Positions 29,841 through 39,340 of a stretch of 64,000 bases of DNA are shown here, piece by piece. The stretch is from an uncultured delta proteobacterium (GTDB lineage Bacteria > Desulfobacterota > Binatia > UBA9968): contig CAVXEP010000012.1 in NCBI GenBank assembly GCA_963760795.1, forward strand, positions 320,001-384,000, in the 5' to 3' direction. A program made the position numbers and the translations under genes. Positions within the stretch are counted from its first letter, which is position 1; each line of letters begins with the position of its first letter. Under the pieces are notes generated by a model that was not told the DNA's origin, made no database searches, and saw only the letters and a program-made list of their open reading frames with translations.

Positions 29841-30485
29841 CTATGCTCCCCCAACGCCGGTCGCGTCGGTGCGCGCCGGCATTTCGCCTTCGGCCCATTC
29901 AACCCGTTGCCAGACCTCGCTCGGATGGAAGGTGACCATGATCGCGGCAAACAGAAAGATCAGCGCCCCGACCGCATAGATGCCGATGCCGGGCTCCACC
30001 GTCGCCACCTCGGCAATTTTGATCAGCGCGACCAGGATACCGAGCATCATCACCTCGCTCATCGACCAAGGCTGCATGGACTCCGCCCAGCGCAGCAACT
30101 CTCCGACCCAGTGCGGCGCCGGCGGCCGCCGCACAGCGATTAATACCGTCAGCATGAACAGGATGTAGCTTGCCGGAGCGATCACCGCGCAGAAAGCAAC
30201 GACCATGGCGGTCACATCCTGCCCTTGGAGCCACATCTCGTAGGCGCCGCCGATGATCGTCGTGCTCGCCTGGCGCCCGACGGCCGAGAGCCCCATCAGC
30301 GGTGACGTATTGGCGACGATTAATACGATGGCAGCCGTGAGCGTAAGCGCCAGCGTGCGGTCGATCGAATCGGTTGGCGCCGAGGCGAGAGTGTGACCAC
30401 AGCGCGGGCATCGCGCCTTACCGCCGGGCGGCAGTGGCGGCAACCGCTGTAGCAGATCGCAATCGGGGCAGGCGACGGTTTCCAT
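29841..30485 (-). CDS. pqiA: Paraquat-inducible protein A (N-half type)
   Basis: ACPDCDLLQ...CPRCG and PWSMSEVMMLGILVALIKI. Confidence 0.9.
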   Translation of the reverse strand: METVACPDCDLLQRLPPLPPGGKARCPRCGHTLASAPTDSIDRTLALTLTAAIVLIVANTSPLMGLSAVGRQASTTIIGGAYEMWLQGQDVTAMVVAFCAVIAPASYILFMLTVLIAVRRPPAPHWVGELLRWAESMQPWSMSEVMMLGILVALIKIAEVATVEPGIGIYAVGALIFLFAAIMVTFHPSEVWQRVEWAEGEMPARTDATGVGGA

Positions 30486-30622
30486 AAACGGTTAGCGTGA
30501 GCGTTGAATAAAAGTAAAAGGTTGAAGAAACGTTACCAGGGCTTTCTACCTCAAACCTGAGCGTTAAAATCCCGAGAAGACATGACTCCCCTTCCAATTA
30601 GCAAATAGCCGGAAGCCTGTAT

Positions 30623-30640
30623 GTTAGACCTTGGTCCAAT
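30623..30640. promoter_or_regulatory. Palindromic operator copy 4 (GTTAGACCTTGGTCCAAT)
   Basis: 138 bp upstream of the pqiA start. Confidence 0.75.
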
Positions 30641-30801
30641 ACCAAAGAGACGCAAAACTTCTGGGAGAAAAACCGAAATTAGAATAAACCAATTCGACCA
30701 ACCCCCAACACAGCTGACTCACCCTCCTAGCCCGTAAGAAGCCCCGCGGACCGAAAAGAGACGAGGGTCGAGGGTCGGCTGTCGAGGAGAAGTCACGCGC
30801 G

Positions 30802-30887
30802 ACTTTTTCACAGGAGGCAACGGCGGAAACGAGCTTCCCCCAAAAATATTTCATCTCTGTCATCTCCGCTACCTCTGGTAAAAAAGT
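30802..30887. repeat. REP-like inverted repeat, family A
   Basis: ACTTTTTCACAGGAGGCAACGG ... CTCTGTCATCTCCGCTACCTCTGGTAAAAAAGT. Confidence 0.65.
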
Positions 30888-30993
30888 TTTAATAGCGAAA
30901 TCCGGAAACCGCTGGGCTTCCCAGCCCCGACCACAGAAAACCAATAACAGCGCGCGGTCAGCGGTCCGTGAACGTAATCAGCGCCGCCGGGCC

Positions 30994-31252
30994 GCTGCCG
31001 ATGACTTGTTCGGGCGGGATGCCATATCCCGCTCGGAACAGATGCGCATAAAATAACGCCGCCGCCAGAGGCGATGAAGGTCTTGAAGCCGTTGGCGCAC
31101 ATGCGGCACGAGCTCCTTCGCGCCTTTCGCACTGTCGCGCTTCGCGAAATCCACGATGGACTGCTTGGCCTTGGCGTCGTTCCAGGAGATCAGCGGATCG
31201 CTCTGGGCATGCCCCTCGGCGCACCAGCAAGAATAAATGCAGCGGCCACCAT
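30994..31252 (-). pseudogene. Heavily deleted secreted HAD-family hydrolase (acid phosphatase-like) relic
   Basis: Fragments in shifting frames: DPLISWNDAKAKQSIVDFAKR, NGFKTFIASGGG and YGIPPEQVIGS. The DNDGT catalytic region is absent. Confidence 0.75.
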
Positions 31253-31274
31253 TCTGTTAAATCGGTCTCTGCAA

Positions 31275-31336
31275 ACAGCAGGCAACAGAGGCAACAAAGG
31301 TTTTTTACCATCTCCGTTATCTCCGTTGCCTCCGGT
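31275..31336. repeat. REP-like inverted repeat, family A
   Basis: ACAGCAGGCAACAGAGGCAACAAAG ... CTCCGTTATCTCCGTTGCCTCCGGT. Confidence 0.7.
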
Positions 31337-31376
31337 AAAAAATCAGTAAGGGATCGACACTTCTCCCTCGGCACAT

Positions 31377-32722
31377 TTAGAAAACCATCTGCATCCGCAG
31401 ACCGAGGATGGTTGCCGGGCCGATGCTCTTTTTACTGATGATCGCGGGCAGCGGGCTAAGGGCGAATTTGTTCTTCTGCGCGCCTCTGACAACCTGGATA
31501 TCCGGCGTCACCATGAGCCACGGCGTTAGGCGATATTGTAGAACGCTTCAAACCCATACTCGTCGCGCAACAGCTTGGTGCTCTGAAACAAACCCTGAAG
31601 TTTCGGATTGTTGACATCGATGTAGTAAAAACCCAAGCCGTAGCGATCATTGTGGCGGTTGGGAATCACGCCCTTGCCACCGATGCCAATGCTGTAAAAG
31701 AAATGCATGAAGTTGGGATTGCCGTCCGAAGCGCCGAAACGTCCGAACACCCCGATACCCTCACCGGAACCTTTTTTCGGCTCGTAGAGATACTGGTCGA
31801 AGTTGTAGTAGACGTTCCATGAGCCCTTCTTGCCTTCGAGTCCGCCGTTTTCAAAGATGAAGCGCGCGTTCTGATCGATGGAAGTGAATTTCTTGTTGGA
31901 AAAACTCGCGCCGAAAAGCTGATGGCCGGTGCGGCCGAAAAAACCCGTCGTTACGCGCCCCTCACCGGCGACTGTTAAATTATTCCCATCCAAGTCATCG
32001 AAGCCGCTGGTGCTGGCCTTGCCGGTGGACGACATGACGAACAAACTTACGATAGCCTGCTTGGGGTCTTTGGTCGGCAGTACGATCACGCCGGTGCCCA
32101 ACGTCGAGTAGGGTACCGTTGGATCCGTTAGCGGATTAAAGTTCAACGCCATATTCATGAACTGCGTGTCGCCTTTGCCATGGGCAAATTCATTCATGTC
32201 GCCGGCGGTAGCACTGACGGTGGCGTACTTGCCGATCGTCAAGCCGACGTAATGCGACAGAAACTGGGTAAAGTTCACTGCCGGCAGGTTGAAGTTATCG
32301 CCGGCGGGCGTTGGATAGAGCTGGTTGCTATTGACGAACATGAGCGCGCCGGTTCTGCCGTTGAGCGATTTTCGCAGCGTATCGGCGGGAATAAAATTGC
32401 CTTCGGCTTCCACGTTCAAAAAACCGCCCGGCCACAGACCGAGTTTCTGAGTGTCCACATTGAGAATGATGTCGCCGCGCCCGCCGCTGTACTGCCAGCC
32501 GGTTTGTTTGCCGCCATGAACGATCCCCAGGGCGGCTTGGGTGACGTTCATGTCTAGGGTGACGCCCTTGGCCGCCAGATCGTTGCGCAATCCGCCCCAG
32601 TCGCCGCTGAGCGTGGAGCGCGTCCAGATATCGCCCGAGTAGGGAGTTGCCGGCGGCGCTTCCGCCGCTCCAAGCTGCCGATTGACAAAACTACCGAGCA
32701 GCAACAGCGCTGCCGCAATCAT
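31377..32722 (-). CDS. OprB-family carbohydrate porin, frameshifted near the C-terminus (~31528)
   Basis: RSTLSGDWGGLRNDLAAKG, DTQKLGLWPGG and YYNFDQYLY. The shifted frame continues LTPWLMVTPDIQVV...LGLRMQMVF*. Confidence 0.82.
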
Positions 32723-32799
32723 TACAAGTCTTTTCAATGCGTTTGGTCCTTTGCAGATGTTGCCACCACAATTCGGGTCGCTTCGGAAACAGAAACTGA

Positions 32800-33168
32800 A
32801 TCTGCCCAAAACCCCAAATCAAACTGCTCGGCTTCGACGGTGAGAAAGTGGGATTGATGTCGCCCTATCCCGCGGCGCTCTCGACGCCTGGAAATAACGA
32901 CGGCTGATTGATGATCGGCATGATCACCCGCGTGATCAGGTTTCAGTCGTCAGCGATCTTGATCGGGATCACCGGCTGAACGTTGAGGAGGTAAATCATC
33001 TTGTCTCTGGAGCCAGCGCCGAAGTTGAAATTGCTCTGCAGCGGCACGCTGATCAAATCCGCTACCGGATTTTGCGTTTTCTTGGCCAGCTCCGATCGCC
33101 TGCGCTTGTGAGAACAATGAAGCGGCCACCGCCACGATGGCGGCTAGAAATTGGATTTTTTTCATCAT
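32800..33168 (-). pseudogene. Relic of an outer-membrane protein of the family often annotated neuromedin U
   Basis: After a signal peptide and a frameshift it reads ELAKKTQNPVADLISVPLQSNFNFG...NVQPVIPI...*NLITRVIMPIINQP...G*GDINPTF. It has two in-frame stops. Confidence 0.75.
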
Positions 33169-33183
33169 ACATCAAGCAGCCAG

Positions 33184-33330
33184 CTCCGTTTGCTCCCGTC
33201 AAATTTCCCGTCACTCAACACTTGTTTACAGGAGGCAACAGAGGGAGTTTTCCCAAAAGAACTTTCCCCCTGTTAACTCAGTTACCTTCTGTTGAAAATC
33301 CCTCTCTATTATCTCTGTTGACTCCGGTTG
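33184..33330. repeat. Cluster of family A REP-like arms
   Basis: ACAGGAGGCAACAGAG plus complementary arms CTGTTAACTCAGTTACCTTCTGT and CTCTATTATCTCTGTTGACTCCGGT. Confidence 0.55.
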
Positions 33331-33369
33331 AAATGAATTTCCCGCCGCTCGCCGCTTTTCGTCCATGAC

Positions 33370-34107
33370 TCAATGAACCATGCGCGCCTTGCGCACCTGC
33401 TCCGGTCGTATCCATCCCTGCTTGGCAAAAAACTCCGACAGATAGCGCGCTACTAGATCGCCGCTTCCTGCGGCCATGCGGGCGACCTCCGATTTATATG
33501 TTTTAACGCCTGCCACCGTAGCGTTGGCAGCCACCATCCCAGCGGTGACCCCTCCCGCCGCGGCCGCACCGACAACCATAGTGGTCGCCGCGCCCGGCAA
33601 ATTGCCGCTGTAGGATTGGGTGGTGAAATCGAGCAATTTACGCGCTTCTTGCCCCTGGTAGACTTGAACCTGGCTATCGACCGTGGACGCTCCATTGCCG
33701 AAGCCGACAACCAAACGATGCAGCGGATTGCCCTCATTGACGGTCAGGAATTGACCGTCGATCACCAGGTCGCTGCCCGTGGCCTTGGTCTCGCGGCCGA
33801 CTCGCTCGACGACGAATCCCAGCGGCCTTAAGCCGTCGACAACTTCCTCCGCCAAAGCGTCTTTCACCTCCTTGGCGAGCAATCGTTCCCGCTCGGACGC
33901 ATCTTTTATGTTTGGCTGTTGGCGCATGATGCCCTGGTACTCTTTGACTTCGCTCTCACTCACGGCGAAGTCCAGGACAAGTATGCGGCTGGGCCGCGGC
34001 AAATTGGTATCAGGAACCAGGGCAGCGCGGCGAATGCCCGTCTGGCCGCAAGCGGCAACCCAACAGCAGAGCAGTGCGCCGGCAAACACGCGAATCCGGT
34101 TCGGCAT
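33370..34107 (-). CDS. DUF4410-like lipoprotein
   Basis: Lipobox VAAC, LPRPSRILVLDFAV, IDGQFLTVNEGN...RLVVGFGNGAS and FFAKQGWI. Confidence 0.75.
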   Translation of the reverse strand: MPNRIRVFAGALLCCWVAACGQTGIRRAALVPDTNLPRPSRILVLDFAVSESEVKEYQGIMRQQPNIKDASERERLLAKEVKDALAEEVVDGLRPLGFVVERVGRETKATGSDLVIDGQFLTVNEGNPLHRLVVGFGNGASTVDSQVQVYQGQEARKLLDFTTQSYSGNLPGAATTMVVGAAAAGGVTAGMVAANATVAGVKTYKSEVARMAAGSGDLVARYLSEFFAKQGWIRPEQVRKARMVH

Positions 34108-34219
34108 CAGGTAATTCCTCCGCTTTCGGAAACTTGGCTTTTTGACGAAGAATTATGGCAGCACATGCAACAACCCGGCAAAGTCCGGGCGACCAGTCAT
34201 CGCCGCGGCCGCACTGGCG

Positions 34220-34602
34220 CTAACGCGTCTGGGCACTCGGAGCTGTGGCGGTCGTACCCACGCCAACCGATTCCCGGTAAACCATAATCTCCACCCGGCG
34301 GTTTTTCGCCCGCCCGGCGTCGCTATTGTTATCGGCCACCGGCACGCGCTCGCCGTAACCGACCGCCATCACGCGGGTCGGTTCGATATTTCTTTCCGCG
34401 ACCAGATAGGCCGCGATGTTTTCCGCGCGCCGCTTGGACAGCTCGTAGTTGTAGCTTGCCGAGCCTTGGGTATCGGTATGGCCGGCGACGACAAACACCA
34501 GGTTGCCGCCGTCATCGGACTGCCCCTTCACGTCGCTCAGAAAGCTGTCGATATCTTTCTTCGCCTGGCCGCTGAACTGAATCGAATTGGACGCGAAATG
34601 CG
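34220..34602 (-). pseudogene. OmpA-like peptidoglycan-binding domain lacking an N-terminus
   Basis: HFASNS...AGHTDTQGSASYNYELSKRRAENI...GYGERVPVADN...GRAKNRRVEI. No signal peptide or good start upstream. Confidence 0.65.
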
Positions 34603-34680
34603 GACGCCGCGCGTTGGGCGACCCGCCGGCACGAAGCCACGGGGTTGCGGAGCATAACCCGCGACACCCGGCACTTTGCC

Positions 34681-35175
34681 TTACTTCATCAGCGGCACGC
34701 CCTGGGCGAGCTCGTACCTCACTATGGCGCGAATCTTGTTTTCGATTTGCAGGTAACGCGCGACTTTGATGGTCGGCAGCGCTTTGCTGAGCTTGGGCGC
34801 GAAAGTGCTTTTGATGTTAACCTCTGCTTGCTCGATCGCGTTGGCCTCATCGATTAGCTTTTTCGCCTTGTCGTCGGTCAGCGACTTTTTGTGCATGTCA
34901 TCGGCGTAGCTCTCAAGCAGTTTGATGAGGCGACGATTGATCTTCTGCAATTCCTTTTGATAGTCGTCGTAGATCGGCCAGAAGTTTTTCGCCTCCGACT
35001 CGGTCAACTCCATATTTTCCGCCACCACCAACTTCTTATCGGCTTTGATCTTATCACGCAGGATTTGCATGTTGTCGGCCGGCTTGTCCTGCGCCGCCAA
35101 ACCAAGCGACGGAAGCCCTACCAGCATGATCGCTACTGCAACACCTATTATTTTCTTCGCTAAGTCTTTTCTCAT
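34681..35175 (-). CDS. Exported helical protein (Spy/CpxP-like repeat family), paralog 1
   Basis: Signal peptide, then ADKKLVVAENMELTESEAKNFWPIYDDYQ...KVARYLQIENKIR. Confidence 0.7.
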   Translation of the reverse strand: MRKDLAKKIIGVAVAIMLVGLPSLGLAAQDKPADNMQILRDKIKADKKLVVAENMELTESEAKNFWPIYDDYQKELQKINRRLIKLLESYADDMHKKSLTDDKAKKLIDEANAIEQAEVNIKSTFAPKLSKALPTIKVARYLQIENKIRAIVRYELAQGVPLMK

Positions 35176-35200
35176 CGTTTATCTCCTTGGGGCATCATCT

Positions 35201-35240
35201 AACGCTTTGAACTACTCGAACGTTTTGAACGGCTTGAACG
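35201..35240. repeat. 9-bp tandem repeat, family C
   Basis: AACGCTTTG AACTACTCG AACGTTTTG AACGGCTTG AACG. Confidence 0.7.
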
Positions 35241-35267
35241 AGTCCTTTACGGCTGTCCCGCCTATGC

Positions 35268-35843
35268 TTATGGGTTGATTTTGGTAATCTTCGTTCCCTG
35301 GATACCCATTCCGCCCATCAGTCCCTTCTGGTCGAAGATGAATGCATACACACCTTTTTGCATTGTTGTCGTCGACATAGTCTTGCCGAAGCCATCGTCC
35401 AACACGACCAGGCTCGGCCCGACCCCCACTTCATACCCTTCGGTTTTGTCGAGATACTGGAGGGAGGCATCGTCCATGAAAAACAGCACGTAGCCAAACG
35501 CCTGGACCCCGGCCTGGAATCCATAGGAGCCCGCCAGCGACCGGTAATAGGCGGTGGTCTTGCCGCCTTTGCGCAAAGCGCCGTCGCCGTATTGCCCCCC
35601 AACAATGAATCCGCCCTTGACAATGCTCGGGAAAACCAGCACCGCCACCGCCTTGTCGCCTAACGCTTTTGCGCCCGGTACTTTTTTATAAAGAGACGCC
35701 AGCGCCGCCCTCGCGTCGCGATCGATTTCGGCCGCGCTCGCGGCCGGCGCCGCGGCCGGACTCAAGAGATGGAAGGTAAACAGCGTCAATGTCAGCCCGA
35801 CGATCATGATTCCTATCTTAGAATTTCGTTTATTTGCTCTCAT
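35268..35843 (-). CDS. SYLF/YSC84-related lipid-binding exported protein
   Basis: LVFPSIVKGGFIVGGQYGDG, GSYGFQAGVQ and FDQKGLMGG. Confidence 0.85.
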   Translation of the reverse strand: MRANKRNSKIGIMIVGLTLTLFTFHLLSPAAAPAASAAEIDRDARAALASLYKKVPGAKALGDKAVAVLVFPSIVKGGFIVGGQYGDGALRKGGKTTAYYRSLAGSYGFQAGVQAFGYVLFFMDDASLQYLDKTEGYEVGVGPSLVVLDDGFGKTMSTTTMQKGVYAFIFDQKGLMGGMGIQGTKITKINP

Positions 35844-35905
35844 TCTGTGCTCCTGTCATCAATATTGAGGTGTTACCACTGGATACTCGTCCCTCGACAT
35901 TTTTT

Positions 35906-36397
35906 TTACTTAGCCAACGGCACGGTGACCGCAATATCGTACCTGAGCAGCATGCGGTACTCATTCTCGATCTGCAGATAGCGCGCCGCCTTCTTTGCCG
36001 GCAGTGCTTTAGTCACCTTGGGGATAAAGGCGCTGCGCTGCTTAACCTCGTCCTGTTCGAGGGCGATCCACTCGTCGAGCAGCTTCTTGGCTTTCTCGTC
36101 AGTGAGCGACTTGCCGCGATAGTCCGCGGCATAGCTTTTCAAGAGCGCGCCCAGACGCTCGTGGATTGTCTGCAAATCCTTTTGGTAATCTTCGTATACC
36201 GGCCAGAAACTTTTCGCTTCCGACTCGGTCAGTTCCATATACTTCGACACGATCAGCTTCTTGTCCGCCTTAAGTTTCTCGTGGACGATTTCCAGATTGT
36301 TAGCGGGCTTATCCTGGGACCGCGCATTTGTCGGCGCACTCCCGAGCGCGGCCACGAATAAAACCGCCAAGCATTTTGTCCGGGTATTTCTATTCAT
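35906..36397 (-). CDS. Exported helical protein, paralog 2 of 34681..35175
   Basis: ADKKLIVSKYMELTESEAKSFWPVYEDYQ...AARYLQIENEYR. Confidence 0.7.
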   Translation of the reverse strand: MNRNTRTKCLAVLFVAALGSAPTNARSQDKPANNLEIVHEKLKADKKLIVSKYMELTESEAKSFWPVYEDYQKDLQTIHERLGALLKSYAADYRGKSLTDEKAKKLLDEWIALEQDEVKQRSAFIPKVTKALPAKKAARYLQIENEYRMLLRYDIAVTVPLAK

Positions 36398-36425
36398 CTC
36401 GACCTATCCTCCTTCTCGTTGTTTT

Positions 36426-36848
36426 TTACACATTAGAATTCGCCTTGAGGGCGTTGCGTCCCGGCGACGACAGCAAGTACCACAGCATTACCACCGGGAC
36501 GATCGACCAGACCAGCGCTCGCGCCGGCGATTCGCCTTGGATCACGACGCTCACGATAAGGAATAGCGTCACCGCAGCGACTACGATGCCGAGCCATCTC
36601 GCCCAGCTCCGGCCCAGCAATGCTCCGCAGGCGAAGACAACGTAGAGCATCGTGATCGCGGCCACAAGGCCGCCGCGGAAAAATGCCAGGACACCAACCA
36701 GAGGGAGAATCAGTAAACCCTGTCCCATGAGATCGCTGCCAGCATCGAACCAGCGAAGCGCGCGCAGACCGCCTAACGCGCTTTGCACTAGCGCCAACAC
36801 GGCGACGACCGTCAAGCCGATGGTTCGCCTAGGTAATGCAGATTCCAT
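36426..36848 (-). CDS. Hypothetical 4-TM membrane protein
   Basis: Four hydrophobic segments with a GRSWARW motif. Co-oriented within the operon. Confidence 0.6.
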   Translation of the reverse strand: MESALPRRTIGLTVVAVLALVQSALGGLRALRWFDAGSDLMGQGLLILPLVGVLAFFRGGLVAAITMLYVVFACGALLGRSWARWLGIVVAAVTLFLIVSVVIQGESPARALVWSIVPVVMLWYLLSSPGRNALKANSNV

Positions 36849-36856
36849 TGGCCCCG

Positions 36857-37810
36857 CTACTGCTTCACTTCCACCCAGCTTTTATCCGGGTCGTAGTCTT
36901 TCATCGCCTCGGCGGCTGAGCCGGTGTTAGCACCCAAATCCTTTTGAAAAACCTTGCCTTGGTGATTGACGATGAACGTCATCACGCCGGAATTGCGGTA
37001 TTCGGCGGGATAGGCGACCAGCGCGAAACCGCCAATCATGTTGCCCTTAACTAGATAGCTATAGGCGCCGCCCGGCGCGTTCTTGCCCTGGCCTGTAAGA
37101 ATTCGATAATAATAGCCGTGGTAGGGCGCGGGCTTGTCGGGTTTGTTTTGCCCGTACCCTTGCTTCACGGCGCGCGCGGCAAAGGGTCCGAGGGGACTAC
37201 TCTCTTCGCCGGCTTTAGCTTCCCAATACAAACCATTTTTCTTGCCCGGGTCGCTGCGGAACTTCTGAGCGTATTCTACCAGTCCGTCGCCGTCGCGATC
37301 CTTCTTGGCGTACTCGCGCTGGGCGTCGACATAGGCGAGCGAGACTTGAGCAGCGTCCAGCTCGTTCTGCCCGATGCGGCGATTGAGGACTTCTTCTCTG
37401 CCTTTGGCGGTATCGAACACCCACCCTTCGCTCTTTTTGACCACGGGAATCGGAAACGGCCAATCGTTGTTGCCGATCACGAGAATCATATTCTCGCCTT
37501 CGGCGACCAGCCGGTTTTTCTGATCATAGGCGGCAAGAAATTTCGCCCGCCGCTCTTTGTCGCCGACCGGGTCCCCTGAAGAGAGCAAATCTTTCGCCTG
37601 CGTCCCAAAGATCGCCAGAAGATCCTTGTCATTATTGCTGCGGGCTGCGGCGACCACTGTCTTGACCGCTTCGTCAGCGCTGGCAAAACTCTTTTGCGCC
37701 GCTGCCGCATGACTCTTGATCGCGCAGCCGAGAAGCGCCAGGAATACCATGGCGACCAGTAGAATTGCTTGTCCAGGTGATTTTTCGTTGTGTCTATTTC
37801 GCAGTTTCAT
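36857..37810 (-). CDS. DUF2950 family exported protein, copy 2
   Basis: Same motifs as copy 1 (EEVLNRRIGQNEL, PYHGYYYRILTGQG). Start at MKLRNR after GGAGG. Confidence 0.9.
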   Translation of the reverse strand: MKLRNRHNEKSPGQAILLVAMVFLALLGCAIKSHAAAAQKSFASADEAVKTVVAAARSNNDKDLLAIFGTQAKDLLSSGDPVGDKERRAKFLAAYDQKNRLVAEGENMILVIGNNDWPFPIPVVKKSEGWVFDTAKGREEVLNRRIGQNELDAAQVSLAYVDAQREYAKKDRDGDGLVEYAQKFRSDPGKKNGLYWEAKAGEESSPLGPFAARAVKQGYGQNKPDKPAPYHGYYYRILTGQGKNAPGGAYSYLVKGNMIGGFALVAYPAEYRNSGVMTFIVNHQGKVFQKDLGANTGSAAEAMKDYDPDKSWVEVKQ

Positions 37811-37853
37811 TAAAGCCTCCATCGGATCGGTTGCGGGATCGAGTTTGCTCTGG

Positions 37854-39077
37854 CTATCTGCGCCGTCCGCCGCCACCCCCGCCACCCCCGCCTCTGGCTC
37901 CGCCGCCACCGCCCCGGCTGGCGCTGCCCCGCTGGCTGGCGCTATGCGCCGAACTGCCACCGCGATCGACGCCTTCAAAGGCACCGCCGCCACTTCCACC
38001 CCCGCCACCGCCGCCGCGATCCGCTGCACCCGCCCGTTCACCACCGCCTGACTGACTCGCTCCCCCCGCCTGCTGTGCTCGCTTGCTGTCTGATTTTGTT
38101 GCTGCTGCGCCTTGCTGTCCGGTGTTTTGTTGCTGCGCTTGCTGCGCCCGTTGTTGCGCTTGCTGCTGTTCATTTGGGGTCAAGGCACTGCCTGTGTGAC
38201 CACGGTAGGCCTGCCGCGCTTGCACCTGTTGAGAGGGCGTCGCTTGGTTATAGCGCTGCTGGACGGTTTGGTTGCTGTAGTTCTGCCGGTTGATGTTGTT
38301 GTTGATGTTGGTGTTCCGACTATTGTTGATATTCACATCGCCGCCGTTGTAGTTGGTATTGCCCCAAGCGTAACCCCAGGCGGCGCCTAAGGCGACTCCG
38401 GATGCAAAGGCGAATGCAGTCGTGGCCACATATCCTGGAGGATAATAGTAATAGGGCGGATAGGCAGGATACGCCCAGGCGCCATACACCACCGTGGGAT
38501 TGTAGGTCGGCACATGGATCACCTGGGGATCGGCAGGCTCGATCTTGATGATCTTTTCTTCGACGATGACGGTCTGCTCTTTGGTCGTCTTGAGATTGCC
38601 GGCCGCTTGCGCCTTGGCGCGCAGACGCTGGATGGTATCCAAGACCGGCTTTTGTTGCGCGATAAAAGCGTCTCCAAGTTTCTGCGTCCAATCCAGTTTA
38701 TCGTTCATCATGGTCAGCACCTGGGGAAAATTGACCAGCGATTTCACGCTCGCATCCCAACTTTGTGATTCGAGCTGTTTGGTCAACGCCTCGCCTTTGA
38801 GACTTGCGTTCTGTTTGGCGAATCGCTCGGCCTGGACCACTTCGAGCGGAAACGTCGAAGCCATCAATATTTGCGCGATCAATGAATCGGGATAAAGCGC
38901 GATCGGCGCTAGTATCTGATCCAATTCTTCCTGCTTGAAAGTCGGCGGCGCCGCCGGTTGTTGCGTCGATGCTGCCGGTGGTGCCGCCGGCTGCTGCGTC
39001 ATGACCGTCGGCGGTGCCGCCAGGAGCACAATCATCGCCCAGGCCAACGGCCGCACAAAGAATTGTTTTGTGAACAT
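37854..39077 (-). CDS. DUF3300 family protein with Q-rich and RGG-rich tail, copy 2
   Basis: QEELDQILAPIALYPDSLIAQILMAST and WTQKLGDAFIAQ. AAGGAG RBS. Confidence 0.9.
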   Translation of the reverse strand: MFTKQFFVRPLAWAMIVLLAAPPTVMTQQPAAPPAASTQQPAAPPTFKQEELDQILAPIALYPDSLIAQILMASTFPLEVVQAERFAKQNASLKGEALTKQLESQSWDASVKSLVNFPQVLTMMNDKLDWTQKLGDAFIAQQKPVLDTIQRLRAKAQAAGNLKTTKEQTVIVEEKIIKIEPADPQVIHVPTYNPTVVYGAWAYPAYPPYYYYPPGYVATTAFAFASGVALGAAWGYAWGNTNYNGGDVNINNSRNTNINNNINRQNYSNQTVQQRYNQATPSQQVQARQAYRGHTGSALTPNEQQQAQQRAQQAQQQNTGQQGAAATKSDSKRAQQAGGASQSGGGERAGAADRGGGGGGGSGGGAFEGVDRGGSSAHSASQRGSASRGGGGGARGGGGGGGGGRRR

Positions 39078-39249
39078 GGTCGCTCCTTATTATTCTTTCA
39101 CTTTCGCTACTCAGTTATCGAACGTCAGGAACGGACTCCAGGCGCCAAGACCTATGAAAACTCGCTCCCGGTCACTTGCCTTTTCGCCTGTCACTCGAAC
39201 ACTCGACTCTCAGTGTAGCTTCACCCGTTTGCGTGCCTGCAAATTGCGC

Positions 39250-39340
39250 TCACTTCAATTTTAAACTGATCCCCAACGGGCCCGCGGCGAGCTGCGTGCC
39301 GGACTCTTGCGACGACAGCGCGATGACCACGCCCTGCCAA
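39250..39340 (-). pseudogene. C-terminal relic of a DUF1134/EipA-like protein
   Basis: QGVVIALSSQESGTQLAAGPLGISLKLK*, resembling the family's final strands. Confidence 0.4.

Noticed and set aside
37811-38173. N-terminal extension of the DUF2950-2 ORF in the track
   Set aside because: It overlaps the DUF3300 tail in another frame. The start at 37810 has an RBS and a signal peptide.
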